Of a DNA stretch of 64,000 bases, positions 39,721 through 51,180 are shown in pieces. Origin of the DNA: a candidate division WOR-3 bacterium (GTDB lineage Bacteria > Hydrothermota > Tepidihabitantia > Tepidihabitantales > Tepidihabitantaceae); assembly GCA_037441285.1 (NCBI GenBank), contig JBBISL010000001.1:13880-77879 (forward strand). The letters run 5' to 3'. The notes beneath the pieces were generated by a model that had not been told where the DNA came from, did no database searches, and saw nothing but the letters and a program-made list of their open reading frames with translations. Within the stretch, counting starts at the first letter, position 1; every line of letters begins with the position of its first letter. The position numbers and the translations under genes are program-made.

Positions 39721-40774
39721 GGTCTTAATGAAAGGAAATGAAGCGATTGCCGAATCCGGAGTCCGGGCAGGCGGGCTTTTATACTTTGGCTACCCGATAA
39801 CACCCCAGTCCGAGATTGCTGAATATCTTGCCCGGCGGATGCCTGAAGTAGGCGGATGCTTTTTGCAGATTGAGAGTGAAGTTGCGGTCGCAAATGTGCT
39901 CTATGGTGCAGCAGGTGCTGGCGTCCGGGTCTGGACTTCGTCTTCAAGCCCGGGTATCAGTTTGATGATGGAAGGGGTGTCGTACATCGCGGCGGCAGAA
40001 CTACCCTGCGTCATTGTGAATATCGTTAGATGTGGTCCAGGACTTGGAGGAATTCTTCCATCCCAGGGCGACTACTTTCAGGCGGTAAAAGGCGGTGGGC
40101 ACGGTGATTACCGATGTCTGGTGTATGCGCCCTCTTCGGTTCAGGAAGCGGTAGATATTATGCCTCTGGCATTTGACCGGGCGGACCGTTATCGAAACCC
40201 GGTCATAGTAATTGGTGACGGGATGATTGGACAGATGATGGAGCCGGTTGAGTTTAAAGAGCAGCGGTTTCCGCCGCTGCCACCAAAAGACTGGGCGACT
40301 TCCGGCTGTAAAGGTAGAAAGCCCAATGTTATAAATTCACTTTACCTTGACCCGGTTGAGGAGGAAAAACTCAACTTCAAACTGGCGGCAAAATATCAGG
40401 AAATGAAACGAAATGAGGTGCGGTTTGAGGAGTTTAATACCGAGACCGATTTTCAGGTTCTGCTCGTTGCCTACGGCACGACCGCCCGGGTTTGTAAAAC
40501 CGCAATTCGCCAATTGAAAGACAAAGGGGTCAATGTGGCACTGTTGCGACCGATAACCCTTTTCCCATTTCCTGACCAGCGGGTATTTGAACTGGCACAG
40601 CGTGCCGAATTCGTTATGTCGGTGGAGATGAGCACCGGTCAAATGGTTGAGGATGTTCAGCTGGCGGTTGGCAGGACCAAACCGGTGTTCTTTTATGGCA
40701 GAACCGGGGGAATGGTGCCATGCCCGGAAGAGGTGGTTGTTGCGGTTGAAAGACATCTGGGAGGCAAAAAATGA
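39713..40774 (+). CDS. vorB: 2-oxoisovalerate (3-methyl-2-oxobutanoate):ferredoxin oxidoreductase alpha-type subunit
   Basis: MKGNEAIAE, GYPITPQSE, SSSSPGISL and KGGGHGDY motifs. Confidence 0.88.
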   Translation: MGKVLMKGNEAIAESGVRAGGLLYFGYPITPQSEIAEYLARRMPEVGGCFLQIESEVAVANVLYGAAGAGVRVWTSSSSPGISLMMEGVSYIAAAELPCVIVNIVRCGPGLGGILPSQGDYFQAVKGGGHGDYRCLVYAPSSVQEAVDIMPLAFDRADRYRNPVIVIGDGMIGQMMEPVEFKEQRFPPLPPKDWATSGCKGRKPNVINSLYLDPVEEEKLNFKLAAKYQEMKRNEVRFEEFNTETDFQVLLVAYGTTARVCKTAIRQLKDKGVNVALLRPITLFPFPDQRVFELAQRAEFVMSVEMSTGQMVEDVQLAVGRTKPVFFYGRTGGMVPCPEEVVVAVERHLGGKK

Positions 40775-41529
40775 AGGTGATTTTTAAACGGCCTGAGTCA
40801 TTGAGCAATACCCCAACCCATTACTGTCCAGGATGCACTCATGGGGTTGTGCACCGGTTGATTGCCGAGGTGATTGATGAATTAGGGTTTCGGGAGAGAA
40901 CCGTAGGGATAGCTCCGGTTGGTTGTTCGGTACTGGCGTTTAACTATTTTAACTTTGATTTCCAGCAGGCGGCGCATGGTCGGGCACCAGCGGTTGCTAC
41001 CGGGATAAAGCGTGCCCGTCCCGATTTGATAGTATTTACTTATCAGGGCGATGGTGACCTCGCCTCAATCGGAATGAGCGAAATTGTCCATGCGGCAAAT
41101 CGGGGAGAAAAGTTTACCGTGGTATTTATCAACAATGCGATTTACGGCATGACCGGTGGCCAGATGGCACCAACCACGATGCCCGGCCAGGTTACTACCA
41201 CATCACCGCGGGGCAGAAATGTAGCAGATGTCGGTTATCCTATTAGAATGTGCGAACTTCTGGCAAGTTTACGGACCCCGGCGTTCATTGAACGGGTTGC
41301 GGTACACAACCCCAAACAGGTGGTTAACGCAAAAAGGGCGCTTAAGGAGGCTTGCACCTTGCAGCGGGACAATGTTTGCTTCTCGTTTGTGGAGTGTCTT
41401 TCAACCTGTCCAACGAACTGGGGATTATCACCCTATGATGCGACTAAATGGTTGGAGGAAAATATGATACCATACTATCCAGTTCAGAACTTTAAGCGTC
41501 CGGAGAAGGGAGAGCAAGATGCAGATTGA
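40771..41529 (+). CDS. 2-oxoacid:ferredoxin oxidoreductase TPP-binding (beta) subunit
   Basis: YCPGCTHG, HGRAPAVATG, GDGDLASIG, NNAIYGMTGGQ and CPTNW motifs. Confidence 0.92.
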   Translation: MKVIFKRPESLSNTPTHYCPGCTHGVVHRLIAEVIDELGFRERTVGIAPVGCSVLAFNYFNFDFQQAAHGRAPAVATGIKRARPDLIVFTYQGDGDLASIGMSEIVHAANRGEKFTVVFINNAIYGMTGGQMAPTTMPGQVTTTSPRGRNVADVGYPIRMCELLASLRTPAFIERVAVHNPKQVVNAKRALKEACTLQRDNVCFSFVECLSTCPTNWGLSPYDATKWLEENMIPYYPVQNFKRPEKGEQDAD

Positions 41530-42073
41530 GGTTGTGTTTGCCGGATTTGGCGGGCAGGGCGTAATGCTCGCGGGCAAAGTTCTTGCTGAAGTTGGAATGA
41601 GGATGGGCAAGGAGGTTGTCTGGTTGCCTTCATACGGTCCGGAGATGCGCGGTGGAACCGCCAATTGCACGGTAATAATCGCTGATGAACCCATCGCTTC
41701 ACCCATTATCGCCCATCCCCGGGACACGGTTGTGATGAATAAACCGTCACTGGAAAAGTTTTGTCCGACCCAGAAGCCTGGTGGAGTTGCGGTGGTCAAC
41801 AGTTCTCTAATTAACAGCAGGCCCAACCGTGACGATATCCTGATAGTTGAGGTACCGGCAAACGAAATAGCGATTGAAGCGGGCAGCGCTCGTTCCGCAA
41901 ATATGGTGATGCTTGGTGCTTATGCCGGTGCAACCGGAATTGTGCCCCTGGAGATGATTATTGAACAGGTAAAAGAGGAGTTTGAAAAAAGGCCGAAACT
42001 TATTCCGACAAATCTCAAATGTGTTGAGCAGGGGTTCGAACTTGCCAGTTCATTAGTGCAGGGTAAAAGATAA
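41519..42073 (+). CDS. 2-oxoacid:ferredoxin oxidoreductase gamma subunit
   Basis: AGFGGQGV, PSYGPEMRGGTA and NMVMLGA motifs. Confidence 0.92.
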   Translation: MQIEVVFAGFGGQGVMLAGKVLAEVGMRMGKEVVWLPSYGPEMRGGTANCTVIIADEPIASPIIAHPRDTVVMNKPSLEKFCPTQKPGGVAVVNSSLINSRPNRDDILIVEVPANEIAIEAGSARSANMVMLGAYAGATGIVPLEMIIEQVKEEFEKRPKLIPTNLKCVEQGFELASSLVQGKR

Positions 42074-42494
42074 GTCCGCTTGTTAACTCAACCAGAAGGT
42101 CTATTCAATAATATAACCGACATATTATCAATATGATACGCATTCAATCACCTATAAGGTTTTACAGTAATACGAGAGTATAACGGGGTTGAATTGGGAT
42201 GGGCGCATAAAATAGGGAGGTGTAACCCCAGATTCGGTTAATAGTTACTACCCTCTTTACGGTGAAGATAATTTACTAATTATAGCAATAACATACTATA
42301 TTGTGAAATGTTATGAGTATTTATGTTATTAACCTTAGCGCAACTCCCATAGTTGCTGTGGGGGTAGCACCGGGCATGCCCTCAAGTATTGTATGAGCAG
42401 TAGTTGTGGTGAGGATTGATAAATCTGATACTCTGTCTGTTGAGAATCTTAGAATCGAATATTTCGTAACGGTGGTCTAAATTGTTGATTAACT

Positions 42495-43049
42495 ATGAGT
42501 AACGAAAAGAAAGGCCCTGTTCAGGAGTTAAAGGAACGCCTGGCTATTCTTGAAGCCCGGGTTAAGGAATTAAATTCTGATTACCTGCGAGCACTGGCGG
42601 ACTTTGACAACTTTCGTAAGAGGGTTGAGCGGGATTTAGAGGTTAAACAGCGTGCTGGCATTGACTCTTTGCTTGAGGCGTTGATCCCGGTTCTGGACAA
42701 CTTTGAGCGGGCGCTCAACTTTTCTCAGCCACCAGAAGCGACCGGTGACAACAAAGCGGTTGAGAGCTGGAAAAAAGGTGTAGAATTAATTTACCAGCAA
42801 TTGTGCGAACTGCTTGGCCGGTTCGGTTTGCAGGGGTACACTTGTCTTAGGGAGAAGTTTGACCCACGCCGGGCAGAGGCTATTGGTTTCGTCGATACCA
42901 CGGAGGGTGAAGACAATGAGGTGATAGAGGAGGTGTGCAAAGGGTATGAGTGTGCGGGCAGGGTACTCAGACCGGCAAAAGTTAAAGTGGCACGAAAAAA
43001 GGAAATTGAGAAAGAAATCCCGGAGGAAAAAAATGAGTCTAATAAATAG
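42495..43049 (+). CDS. grpE: Nucleotide exchange factor GrpE
   Basis: LRALADFDNFRKR, LIPVLDNFERA, FDP...EA and KGY....VLRPAKV motifs. Confidence 0.95.
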   Translation: MSNEKKGPVQELKERLAILEARVKELNSDYLRALADFDNFRKRVERDLEVKQRAGIDSLLEALIPVLDNFERALNFSQPPEATGDNKAVESWKKGVELIYQQLCELLGRFGLQGYTCLREKFDPRRAEAIGFVDTTEGEDNEVIEEVCKGYECAGRVLRPAKVKVARKKEIEKEIPEEKNESNK

Positions 43050-43108
43050 GGGGAAAGGGTTAGTAAGGAGTATTAAGGTAAATTGGCGTTGAAAAAGGAG
43101 GAGTATAA

Positions 43109-44995
43109 ATGAGTAAGGTTATAGGTATTGATTTAGGGACAACTTTTTCTTGTGTCGCGGTTATGGAGCGGGGGCAACCGGTTGTTATTCCTAACCCAGA
43201 AGGGGGAAGGACAACACCCTCGGTTGTTGCTCTGGGTAAGGAAAGGCTGGTGGGAACCCTTGCAAAGCGTCAGGCGGTAATTAACCCCGAATCAACCATT
43301 TATTCAATCAAACGATTTATGGGCCGCCGCTACTCCGAGGTTACCGAGGAAATTAAGCGTGTGCCCTACCGTGTGGTTGAGGCAGCAAATGGCGACGCCT
43401 GGGTTGAGGTGGATAGTAAACGGTACTCTCCACCGGAGATTTCCGCGATGATTCTTGCCTATCTCAAACGGGCCGCCGAGGCATATCTTGGTGAGGCGGT
43501 AACTAAAGCGGTAATTACTGTTCCCGCCTATTTCAACGACTCGCAGCGACAGGCGACCAAGGACGCGGGTAAAATTGCCGGACTTGATGTATTGAGAATT
43601 ATCAATGAGCCTACAGCAGCATCGCTGGCTTACGGATTGGACAAAAAGCGGTCTGAGAAAATTGCAATTTACGACCTTGGTGGTGGAACCTTTGACATCT
43701 CAATTCTTGAGATTGGCGAAGGGGTTTTTGAGGTATGTTCGACGAATGGTGATACCCATCTTGGCGGTGACGATATCGACCAGCGGATTATGGATTGGAT
43801 TATCGAGGAGTTCCGCCGTGAGCAGGGAATAGACCTGTCCCGGGACAAAACGGCATTGCAACGGATAAAGGAGGCGGCAGAAAAAGCGAAGTGTGAACTC
43901 TCGACCTCAATGGAGACAAATATCAGCCTGCCGTTTATCTATGCGGACGAAAAGAAAGGACCATTACATATTGAAATGCGGCTGACCCGGGCAAAACTGG
44001 AGGCGCTGGTTGAAGACCTTTTGCAGCGGACTTTAGGACCGGTGAAACAGGCACTGGCAGACGCTAAATTGACGCCACGGGATATCGATGAGGTGATTCT
44101 GGTAGGGGGGCAGACAAGGATGCCCAGAGTACAGCAACTGGTGCGAGACTTTTTTGGAAAGGAGCCGCATAAAGGTATTAACCCTGATGAGGTGGTAGCG
44201 ATTGGCGCAGCGATTCAGGGTGCGGTTCTTGCCGGTGAAGTGAAAGATGTCGTGCTGCTTGATGTCACACCGCTTTCCCTGGGAATTGAAACCTATGGCG
44301 GGGTTATGACCAAAATTATTGAGCGTAATACCACGATTCCCACTCGCAAGAGTCAGGTGTTTACTACGGTTGAGGACAACCAGACAACGGTGAGCGTTCG
44401 AGTTCTCCAAGGCGAGCGGGAAATGGCAGCGGACAACCGGCTGCTTGGACAGTTTGACCTGATTGGAATTGCGCCGGCACCGCGCGGGGTTCCGCAAATT
44501 GAAGTTACATTTGACATCGATGCTGATGGAATTCTTCATGTTACCGCCAAAGATAAGTTAACCGGAAAAGAGCAAGGGATTAAAATAACCGCATCTTCCG
44601 GTTTAAACAAAGAAGAAATCGACCGGATGATAAGTGAAGCCCAGGCATATGCGGCTGAAGACCGGCGCCGGCGTGAGATTGTTGACAGTCGCAATAGAGC
44701 GGATACCATTATATATCAGACGGAAAAGACGCTAAAGGAGTTAGGCGAGCTGGTTTCAGCCGAAGAACGACGGCAGATTGAAGCAGCGATTACTCGGGTG
44801 AAAGAGGTGATGAAAGGAGATGATAAAGCAGCAATCGACCGAGCCGCGGATGAGTTGCAGCGGTCATTGAGTACGGTTGCCGAACGGCTCTATCGCGAAC
44901 AAGCAGCACAGGAAAAAGGCGGCGCAAGCAAAGACCGGGATAAAAAAGTTGAAACCGATTACACGGTAATAGATGGAGAAGATAAAAAAGAGTAA
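43109..44995 (+). CDS. dnaK: Chaperone DnaK
   Basis: [34 protein letters not shown] and [13 protein letters not shown] motifs. Confidence 0.99.
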   Translation: MSKVIGIDLGTTFSCVAVMERGQPVVIPNPEGGRTTPSVVALGKERLVGTLAKRQAVINPESTIYSIKRFMGRRYSEVTEEIKRVPYRVVEAANGDAWVEVDSKRYSPPEISAMILAYLKRAAEAYLGEAVTKAVITVPAYFNDSQRQATKDAGKIAGLDVLRIINEPTAASLAYGLDKKRSEKIAIYDLGGGTFDISILEIGEGVFEVCSTNGDTHLGGDDIDQRIMDWIIEEFRREQGIDLSRDKTALQRIKEAAEKAKCELSTSMETNISLPFIYADEKKGPLHIEMRLTRAKLEALVEDLLQRTLGPVKQALADAKLTPRDIDEVILVGGQTRMPRVQQLVRDFFGKEPHKGINPDEVVAIGAAIQGAVLAGEVKDVVLLDVTPLSLGIETYGGVMTKIIERNTTIPTRKSQVFTTVEDNQTTVSVRVLQGEREMAADNRLLGQFDLIGIAPAPRGVPQIEVTFDIDADGILHVTAKDKLTGKEQGIKITASSGLNKEEIDRMISEAQAYAAEDRRRREIVDSRNRADTIIYQTEKTLKELGELVSAEERRQIEAAITRVKEVMKGDDKAAIDRAADELQRSLSTVAERLYREQAAQEKGGASKDRDKKVETDYTVIDGEDKKE

Positions 44996-45073
44996 TAGAT
45001 AGGAGGTAGAATTAAAATAAAGGTTGTAAGGAGGTGGAGTTTTTAGCCCGCACCTTCGGGCAATTAATAACAA

Positions 45074-46219
45074 ATGGCGGTAACAAAACGGGACTACTAT
45101 GAGGTCCTGGGTGTTTCTCGTAATGCAACGCCCGAAGAAATTAAGAGCGCCTATCGGCGCTTAGCCAAAGAGTATCATCCTGACCGGAATCCCAACAATC
45201 GGGCTGAAGCAGAAGAAAAGTTTAAAGAGCTGTCCGAAGCATACGAAGTCCTTGCTGACCCGGAAAAACGGCGAGTTTATGATATGTATGGTCATGAAGG
45301 GGTTGCAGGACAATTTGGACCAAATGGATTTGATTTTCGCCGTCATTTTACCCACAGCGATGACCTGGAGGATATCTTTGGCGACATTCTTAGGGGATTT
45401 GGCGGTGAGGGCGGCACAATTTTTGACTTGCTATTCGGAGGCGCGGCGCCGCGTGCCACAGGAAGACGGGCGCGAGGCCGTGATATCATTGTCCGGATGC
45501 GGCTAAGCCTGGGGGAGATTGCCGAAGGTGTGACAAAGGAGGTGTCATTTTCCCGCTATGAACCCTGTTCCGAGTGTGGAGGTGCAGGCGGTGCGGGCAA
45601 GATTGCCTGTCCAACCTGCCGCGGACAGGGACGGGTTAAACAGCAAACCCGGTCGGTTTTCGGACAGTTTGTTCAGGTTTCAACCTGTCCGGACTGTGGA
45701 GGTACCGGCGAACGTTACCGCAACACCTGTCGCCAGTGCAGCGGCGAAGGTCGGGTTCGGCGTCTGAGGACATTGAAGGTACGCATACCGGCTGGTGTTT
45801 CTGCCGGTACCCCAATTGTCCTTCACAACGAAGGGCATTGGGGACCAGGTGGTCAAGGCGATGTTGTAATAGAAATTGAGGAGAAGGAACATCCGCTTTT
45901 CCTGCGTCAGGGAGACAATATCATTGTGGAGGTTCCGGTCTCTATTCCCACCGCAATTCTGGGAGGGAAAATAAATGTTCCTACCCTTAATGGGGTGAAG
46001 GAGATTGAACTACCACCTGGCACTAACTCCGGAACTGTTTTGCGCATCCGGGGCGCGGGTATTAAACGGTTAGAAGGGGGGGGCAGTGGTGACGAACTGG
46101 TTAGAATTGTAGTGCATATCCCCAAACATCTCAGCCGGGAGGAAAAGATGCTCTACAAACAGCTGGCAGCAAATCAATCCGAATCACTGCCAGAACCCAG
46201 GAAACCACAGTCGATGTAA
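45074..46219 (+). CDS. dnaJ: Chaperone DnaJ
   Basis: J domain with HPD, G/F region and four CxxCxGxG repeats. Confidence 0.98.
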   Translation: MAVTKRDYYEVLGVSRNATPEEIKSAYRRLAKEYHPDRNPNNRAEAEEKFKELSEAYEVLADPEKRRVYDMYGHEGVAGQFGPNGFDFRRHFTHSDDLEDIFGDILRGFGGEGGTIFDLLFGGAAPRATGRRARGRDIIVRMRLSLGEIAEGVTKEVSFSRYEPCSECGGAGGAGKIACPTCRGQGRVKQQTRSVFGQFVQVSTCPDCGGTGERYRNTCRQCSGEGRVRRLRTLKVRIPAGVSAGTPIVLHNEGHWGPGGQGDVVIEIEEKEHPLFLRQGDNIIVEVPVSIPTAILGGKINVPTLNGVKEIELPPGTNSGTVLRIRGAGIKRLEGGGSGDELVRIVVHIPKHLSREEKMLYKQLAANQSESLPEPRKPQSM

Positions 46220-46220
46220 A

Positions 46221-46943
46221 ATGGAGCTGTTTTACATTCCTCAGTTAAAGCAGGTCGATGTCCCGCTGGAGATTTCCGGGGCTGAGGCAAGGCACATTGC
46301 GCGGGTTTTGCGCCATAAACCCGGTGATGTTGTATATGCGACCAACGGCCGTGGTGAGGAGTTTCGTTTGGTTCTAAAAAAAGTTGAACCTGCGCGAGTA
46401 ATTGCCCAGGTTCTGGAGAAAAAGACCGGTGAGCGGGAACCAAAACACAGATTGGTTTTAGCCCAGGCGGTTTTGAAAGGGGACAAACTTGCCCAGGTGA
46501 TTGAAGGTGTTACTGAACTGGGGGTAAGTGAGGTTATTCCATTTTTATCGGAACGGGTTGTTGGCCGCTTAACCGATTCGAAATACCGGCGTCTGGAAGG
46601 TGTTGCCGTAAGCGCAATGAAAAGCTGCACGAGAACGGTATTACCCCGCATTGGGCGATTAATAGAACTTGAGGGGTTAGTAGAAACTTTTCATAGTTTT
46701 GACCAGGTGATAGTCGCTTACGAGGAAGAAAAAAGACAAGGGCTGGTTCAGGTTTTGAACCGCGATGTTAAAACGACACTGGTGGTGATTGGACCTGAAG
46801 GCGGGTTTAGCGAAGGGGAAATTGTTAAAATGAGTGATGCCGGTGCGGTGTGTTGTTCGCTGGGCCCAAGGCGGTTACGAGCCGAAACGGCTGCGATAGC
46901 GGCGGTTTCGATTATCTTCGGGCTCATCGGTGAGTTAGGATGA
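46221..46943 (+). CDS. rsmE: 16S rRNA m3U1498 methyltransferase
   Basis: HIARVLR, TELGV, IGPEGGFS and LGPRRLRAETA motifs. Confidence 0.95.
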   Translation: MELFYIPQLKQVDVPLEISGAEARHIARVLRHKPGDVVYATNGRGEEFRLVLKKVEPARVIAQVLEKKTGEREPKHRLVLAQAVLKGDKLAQVIEGVTELGVSEVIPFLSERVVGRLTDSKYRRLEGVAVSAMKSCTRTVLPRIGRLIELEGLVETFHSFDQVIVAYEEEKRQGLVQVLNRDVKTTLVVIGPEGGFSEGEIVKMSDAGAVCCSLGPRRLRAETAAIAAVSIIFGLIGELG

Positions 46944-46974
46944 AAAATTTGCCACGAAAGGAGGTGCAGGACTA

Positions 46975-47169
46975 ATGGTAAGTATCACCGTAAAAGAAGG
47001 CGAGCCGTACGAGAGTTTTATTCGTCGGTTCCGGCGTGCCTGCGAACAGGCAGGTATTCTGCGCGAAGTGAAGCGCCGGGAATTTTACGAGAAACCGAGC
47101 GAGCGTCGTAAGCGAAAGATGGCAGAAGCTCGGCGTCGGCTTTATCGGAAACAGATGGGTGAGAGATAA
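46975..47169 (+). CDS. rpsU: 30S ribosomal protein S21
   Basis: IRRFRR...GILREVKRREFYEKPS. AGGAGG RBS. Confidence 0.96.
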   Translation: MVSITVKEGEPYESFIRRFRRACEQAGILREVKRREFYEKPSERRKRKMAEARRRLYRKQMGER

Positions 47170-47199
47170 AGCGTTTTAAAAACAACAATACGGAGTAAA

Positions 47200-49518
47200 G
47201 TGGACCGAGAAACCTTAGAAGCGCTCGACTTCCCTCGCATTCGGGAAATACTTGTCGATTTCTGTTCAACCGAACTGGGCAAGGAAAAGGCGCGTCAGTT
47301 TGGACCTTTTCTGAATTTAAGTTCAGTTCAAACAAAGCTCGACCAATTGGAAGAAATCATAAAATTTGATGGCGAGCCATCGTTGAGCGGAGTCCATGAC
47401 ATCCGGGTTATCATCAACCAGACAGAGGCGGGTGCAATGCTGGGTACCGAAGAGTTGCTGAAGGTGGGCGCAACCTGCCGGGGCTTTGCTGAATGTCAGG
47501 AGTTTTTTAAGGCAAATAAGGAGCATATCTCTCATCTCAAGCCCATAGCCGATGGAATCGTTGCTATCCCCAAACTGCAGCGGGCGATTGAGAAGGCAAT
47601 TGATAACTCCGGCGCAGTGCGCGATACGGCAAGTCCCAAGTTGCAAGAGTTGCGAGACGAATTGCGGATGCGACGGAATCTACTGGTAGACCGTCTGGAG
47701 CGGATAATTGAAGACAATCCCGATTGGTTTGAAGGTCCAGTGATGGTGCGACGCGAACGGTTTGTCGTTCCAGTTAAACTCGAATACCGTAACCAGGTGC
47801 CGGGTGTAGTACATGGGGTATCGGCAAGTGGTCAAACCGTCTTTATCGAGCCGATGGCGTCCATTTTAGAACAAAACCGATTGCAGGAGTTGCGCGATGC
47901 GGAAGCCGAGGAAGTGAACCGGATCTGTCGCGAATTATCGTCCCTGGTAGCTCATTACTACAATGAGCTTAGCACCGGAATCGAGATGGTGTCCGAACTC
48001 GATTTTCTTCTGGCAAAACGGCGATTTGCGAGAAAGTTTGAATGTAGCCGGCCCGTAATTAACGGTGACAGAACCGTAGCGCTCGTTCGAGCCCGCCATC
48101 CTTTACTTCTTTTGCACAAAAATGATGTGATGCCGCTTGATTTTCAATTGCCCGATAACACCAATGTCGTGGTAATTTCTGGACCCAATGCGGGCGGTAA
48201 GACGGTGGTACTGAAAACCCTGGGAATTTGTGCATTGTTGTTAAAATCCGGGATGTTTATCCCGGCTGCTATCGGAAGCAAAATGCCGTGGTGGGAACAG
48301 GTGTTTGCCGATATCGGTGACGAGCAATCTTTAGAGGCAGACCGGTCTTCGTTCACCGCTCATCTTTTGCGGCTGAAGGAAATTCTTGCCTATGCCCGGG
48401 CAAGTAGTCTGGTGTTGATTGATGAAATCGGTGCCGCCACCGCACCAGAAGAAGGAACCGCATTGGCAATTGCAGTACTGGAGGAGTTGCGAGAAAGAGG
48501 GGTAATAACGGTTGCAACAACCCACTTCAACAATTTGAAGATATTTGTGCAAAATGAACCGGGGATGAGCAATGCGGCAATGGAGTTTCGTAACGGTCCG
48601 ACCTACCGGCTGATTATGGGGATTCCCGGTGAATCAAGCGCGTTTGAGATTGCCGAGCAGCTTGGTTTGCCATCTCAGCTGTTAGAACGGGCGCGAAAGT
48701 TTGTCGGCAAGGAGTGGCTCAACTTAAACTTAAAATTAAGAGCAGTGGAAGAAGAGTTGCGTAAACTAAAAGAAGAAAGACAACAAATAGCGGTGGAAAA
48801 GAAAAAAGCAGATGAATTAATTGCTGCCTACCAGGAACGCCAAGCCCAGTTTGAGAAGTGGCGACAGCAAGAGGAACGGCGTGTCCGCGACGAGCACGAG
48901 CGGTTGTTAAAAGAGACCCGGCGCCAGGTGGAAAACCTGGTACGGGAGTTACGAGAACGAAATGCGGACCGGCAGAGTGTTGTTAAAGCGAAACAGTTTA
49001 TTGAAGAAAATCTCGGCCGGTTGAAAAGTGAGCTGCCGCTTGAGAAACCGACAGAAATCCCTTCCCCGGTTTCTTTTGCGATTGGTGACCTGGTGGAGTC
49101 AAAGGTATTTCGACGGCGCGGCCGTGTGCTGGAGGTAAAGGGAAAAGATATTTTGGTTGCCTTTGGTCAAATTAAGATGACGGTAGGTGCGGACACGCTG
49201 ACTCGTTTAGAATCAAAATTACCTGAAGCCCAAATTGAACCGGGGAACGAATTTGAATTTGTGCCCCGGCTCAACATTCGGGGAATGACCACAGAAGAAG
49301 CCCAGATTGCTCTCAACCAGTTTCTTGCTGAGGCGGAAGCCGCGGGCGTAAAAGAATTGTCGATTCTCCACGGCAAGGGTACCGGTACTTTGCGTCGGAT
49401 GTTGTGGCACCGACTGCGTAAAGACCAACGAGTGTGTGAAGTGAGATTTGCTGAACCAGCCGAAGGCGGCATGGGTGTAACCCTGGTCAAATTGCGAGGC
49501 GAAGATGATCAAGCCTGA
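47200..49518 (+). CDS. mutS2: MutS2 endonuclease / ribosome-collision factor
   Basis: SASGQTVFIEP, ISGPNAGGKT, DIGDEQS, DEIGAAT, coiled coil and C-terminal Smr domain (ILHGKGTG). Confidence 0.95.
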   Translation: MDRETLEALDFPRIREILVDFCSTELGKEKARQFGPFLNLSSVQTKLDQLEEIIKFDGEPSLSGVHDIRVIINQTEAGAMLGTEELLKVGATCRGFAECQEFFKANKEHISHLKPIADGIVAIPKLQRAIEKAIDNSGAVRDTASPKLQELRDELRMRRNLLVDRLERIIEDNPDWFEGPVMVRRERFVVPVKLEYRNQVPGVVHGVSASGQTVFIEPMASILEQNRLQELRDAEAEEVNRICRELSSLVAHYYNELSTGIEMVSELDFLLAKRRFARKFECSRPVINGDRTVALVRARHPLLLLHKNDVMPLDFQLPDNTNVVVISGPNAGGKTVVLKTLGICALLLKSGMFIPAAIGSKMPWWEQVFADIGDEQSLEADRSSFTAHLLRLKEILAYARASSLVLIDEIGAATAPEEGTALAIAVLEELRERGVITVATTHFNNLKIFVQNEPGMSNAAMEFRNGPTYRLIMGIPGESSAFEIAEQLGLPSQLLERARKFVGKEWLNLNLKLRAVEEELRKLKEERQQIAVEKKKADELIAAYQERQAQFEKWRQQEERRVRDEHERLLKETRRQVENLVRELRERNADRQSVVKAKQFIEENLGRLKSELPLEKPTEIPSPVSFAIGDLVESKVFRRRGRVLEVKGKDILVAFGQIKMTVGADTLTRLESKLPEAQIEPGNEFEFVPRLNIRGMTTEEAQIALNQFLAEAEAAGVKELSILHGKGTGTLRRMLWHRLRKDQRVCEVRFAEPAEGGMGVTLVKLRGEDDQA

Positions 49519-51169
49519 GATAATTGACCGAATTCGCCAGGAGACCGATATCGTCGAGCTGGTCGGGAGTTATGTATCTTTGAAGAAGGTGGGCCGAAAT
49601 TATCGCGGGCTGTGTCCATTTCATGCCGAACGGTCACCATCGTTCTATGTCAGTCCCGAGCGCCAGTCGTACCACTGCTTTGGCTGTGGTGCTGGGGGGA
49701 CAGCGATAACTTTTGTGATGGCATATGAGAAACTGGAATTCCCTGAGGCGGTAAAGTTTCTAGCCAAACGGTTGGGAATAACAGTGGAGGAGGAGCGAGG
49801 AAATGAAAACCGCCAGACACTTTACGACATCTGCGAACGGGTGACACGATTTTTCGAAGATAACCTTGCGAAGTCCAGCGAAGCCCAGGCTTACATTGAG
49901 AAGCGGGGTTTGAGCAATCCAACCGTAAAGCGTTTTCGGCTGGGATTTGCTCCCGGCGGGAATGTGTTAAGAGGAGCGGCACGGCGTTTAGGCGTTACTG
50001 AAGAACGTTTGTTGCAGGCGGGATTGGTTGTTAAAAAAGATGATGGGTACATCGATTATTTCCGTGAGCGAATTATCTTCCCCATTTTTTCTATATCAGG
50101 AAAGGTCATCGGTTTTGGCGGCAGGATAATCGGCGCGGGAGAACCAAAGTATTTAAATTCGCCGGACAATCCAATTTTCCATAAAGGAGAAATTCTCTAC
50201 GGCTTTTATCAGGCAAAATCCTATATTCGTGCTGAAATCCCGATACTGGTCGAAGGTAATTTTGACTTGTTAACCCTTGTTGATAAAGGTTTTAACAATG
50301 TAGTTGCTGGTATGGGGACGGCCCTTACTTCCGCGCAAGCCGCACTCATTCGGCGCTACAATCGGCAAGTTATTATCTGTTATGATGGCGATGAACCAGG
50401 GAAAAAAGCATGCCGGCGGTCAATCAGTACATTGCTGGCAGCTGGTATTGACCCGGGCATTGTATTGCTTCCCGAGGGCAGCGACCCGGATAGTTATCTC
50501 CGTACCCGAGGACGGGAGGATTTTCTTGAACTGTTAAACCGGCGGCAGGATTTTGTCGACTTTGTGATTGGCGAAAAAATGCCGCAAACTGTGGCAGAAC
50601 AGCGAGTGATTATTGAAGAGTTACGTTCGTTAATTGCACTAATTCCAGATGGGGCAAGCCGCGAACTTTACGCCGTCCGTATCGGAAAGATTTTTAACAT
50701 TGACCAGCGCATTTTGCTTGATGTCGATACAGTTGAAAGTCCCGATATTGAAAAAGTTAAAAAATCGGCACAATCTATTGGTCCCCGGCTTGAAGAAAAC
50801 CTTGTTGCCGCTCTGGTCCAGAAGCGGGAATTTGCGCTCGCAGCGGTTGAATTTTCCTTTTCCGATGCGGTCCAGGATAAGATGCTTAAGAAAATCGCCC
50901 GGATTGCCGAAGAGTCATGTGATGAACCCGGGTTCGGTCCTGCTTTATTAATGGACTTAGTTGATGATGAGGAGGCACGCCGCTGGATTGCGCGCGCCGT
51001 ATTCAGTGAGTCCCAGTTACCATCGGAGGAGAAGTTTCGTAACCGTCTCCGACAGTTTCGGGCGCGCTGGCTGCACCAGCAAATTGAACAAGCCGAGCAG
51101 GCCGGGGATAAAGCTCAGGTTGAGGTTTTGCTCAAGGAACGAAATCGGTTGTTAAAAGGATTGGTTTAA
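49505..51169 (+). CDS. dnaG: DNA primase
   Basis: [15 protein letters not shown] zinc finger, FGGR, KYLNSP and Toprim VEG.FD, YDGDEPG, DPD. Confidence 0.97.
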   Translation: MIKPEIIDRIRQETDIVELVGSYVSLKKVGRNYRGLCPFHAERSPSFYVSPERQSYHCFGCGAGGTAITFVMAYEKLEFPEAVKFLAKRLGITVEEERGNENRQTLYDICERVTRFFEDNLAKSSEAQAYIEKRGLSNPTVKRFRLGFAPGGNVLRGAARRLGVTEERLLQAGLVVKKDDGYIDYFRERIIFPIFSISGKVIGFGGRIIGAGEPKYLNSPDNPIFHKGEILYGFYQAKSYIRAEIPILVEGNFDLLTLVDKGFNNVVAGMGTALTSAQAALIRRYNRQVIICYDGDEPGKKACRRSISTLLAAGIDPGIVLLPEGSDPDSYLRTRGREDFLELLNRRQDFVDFVIGEKMPQTVAEQRVIIEELRSLIALIPDGASRELYAVRIGKIFNIDQRILLDVDTVESPDIEKVKKSAQSIGPRLEENLVAALVQKREFALAAVEFSFSDAVQDKMLKKIARIAEESCDEPGFGPALLMDLVDDEEARRWIARAVFSESQLPSEEKFRNRLRQFRARWLHQQIEQAEQAGDKAQVEVLLKERNRLLKGLV

Positions 51170-51180
51170 GAAAGGAGCAG

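Noticed and set aside
42074-42494. CIRCE or HAIR heat-shock operator, or an ncRNA, upstream of grpE
   Set aside because: No TTAGCACTC-N9-GAGTGCTAA or CTTGAGT-N7-ACTCAAG match, and no convincing extended pairing.
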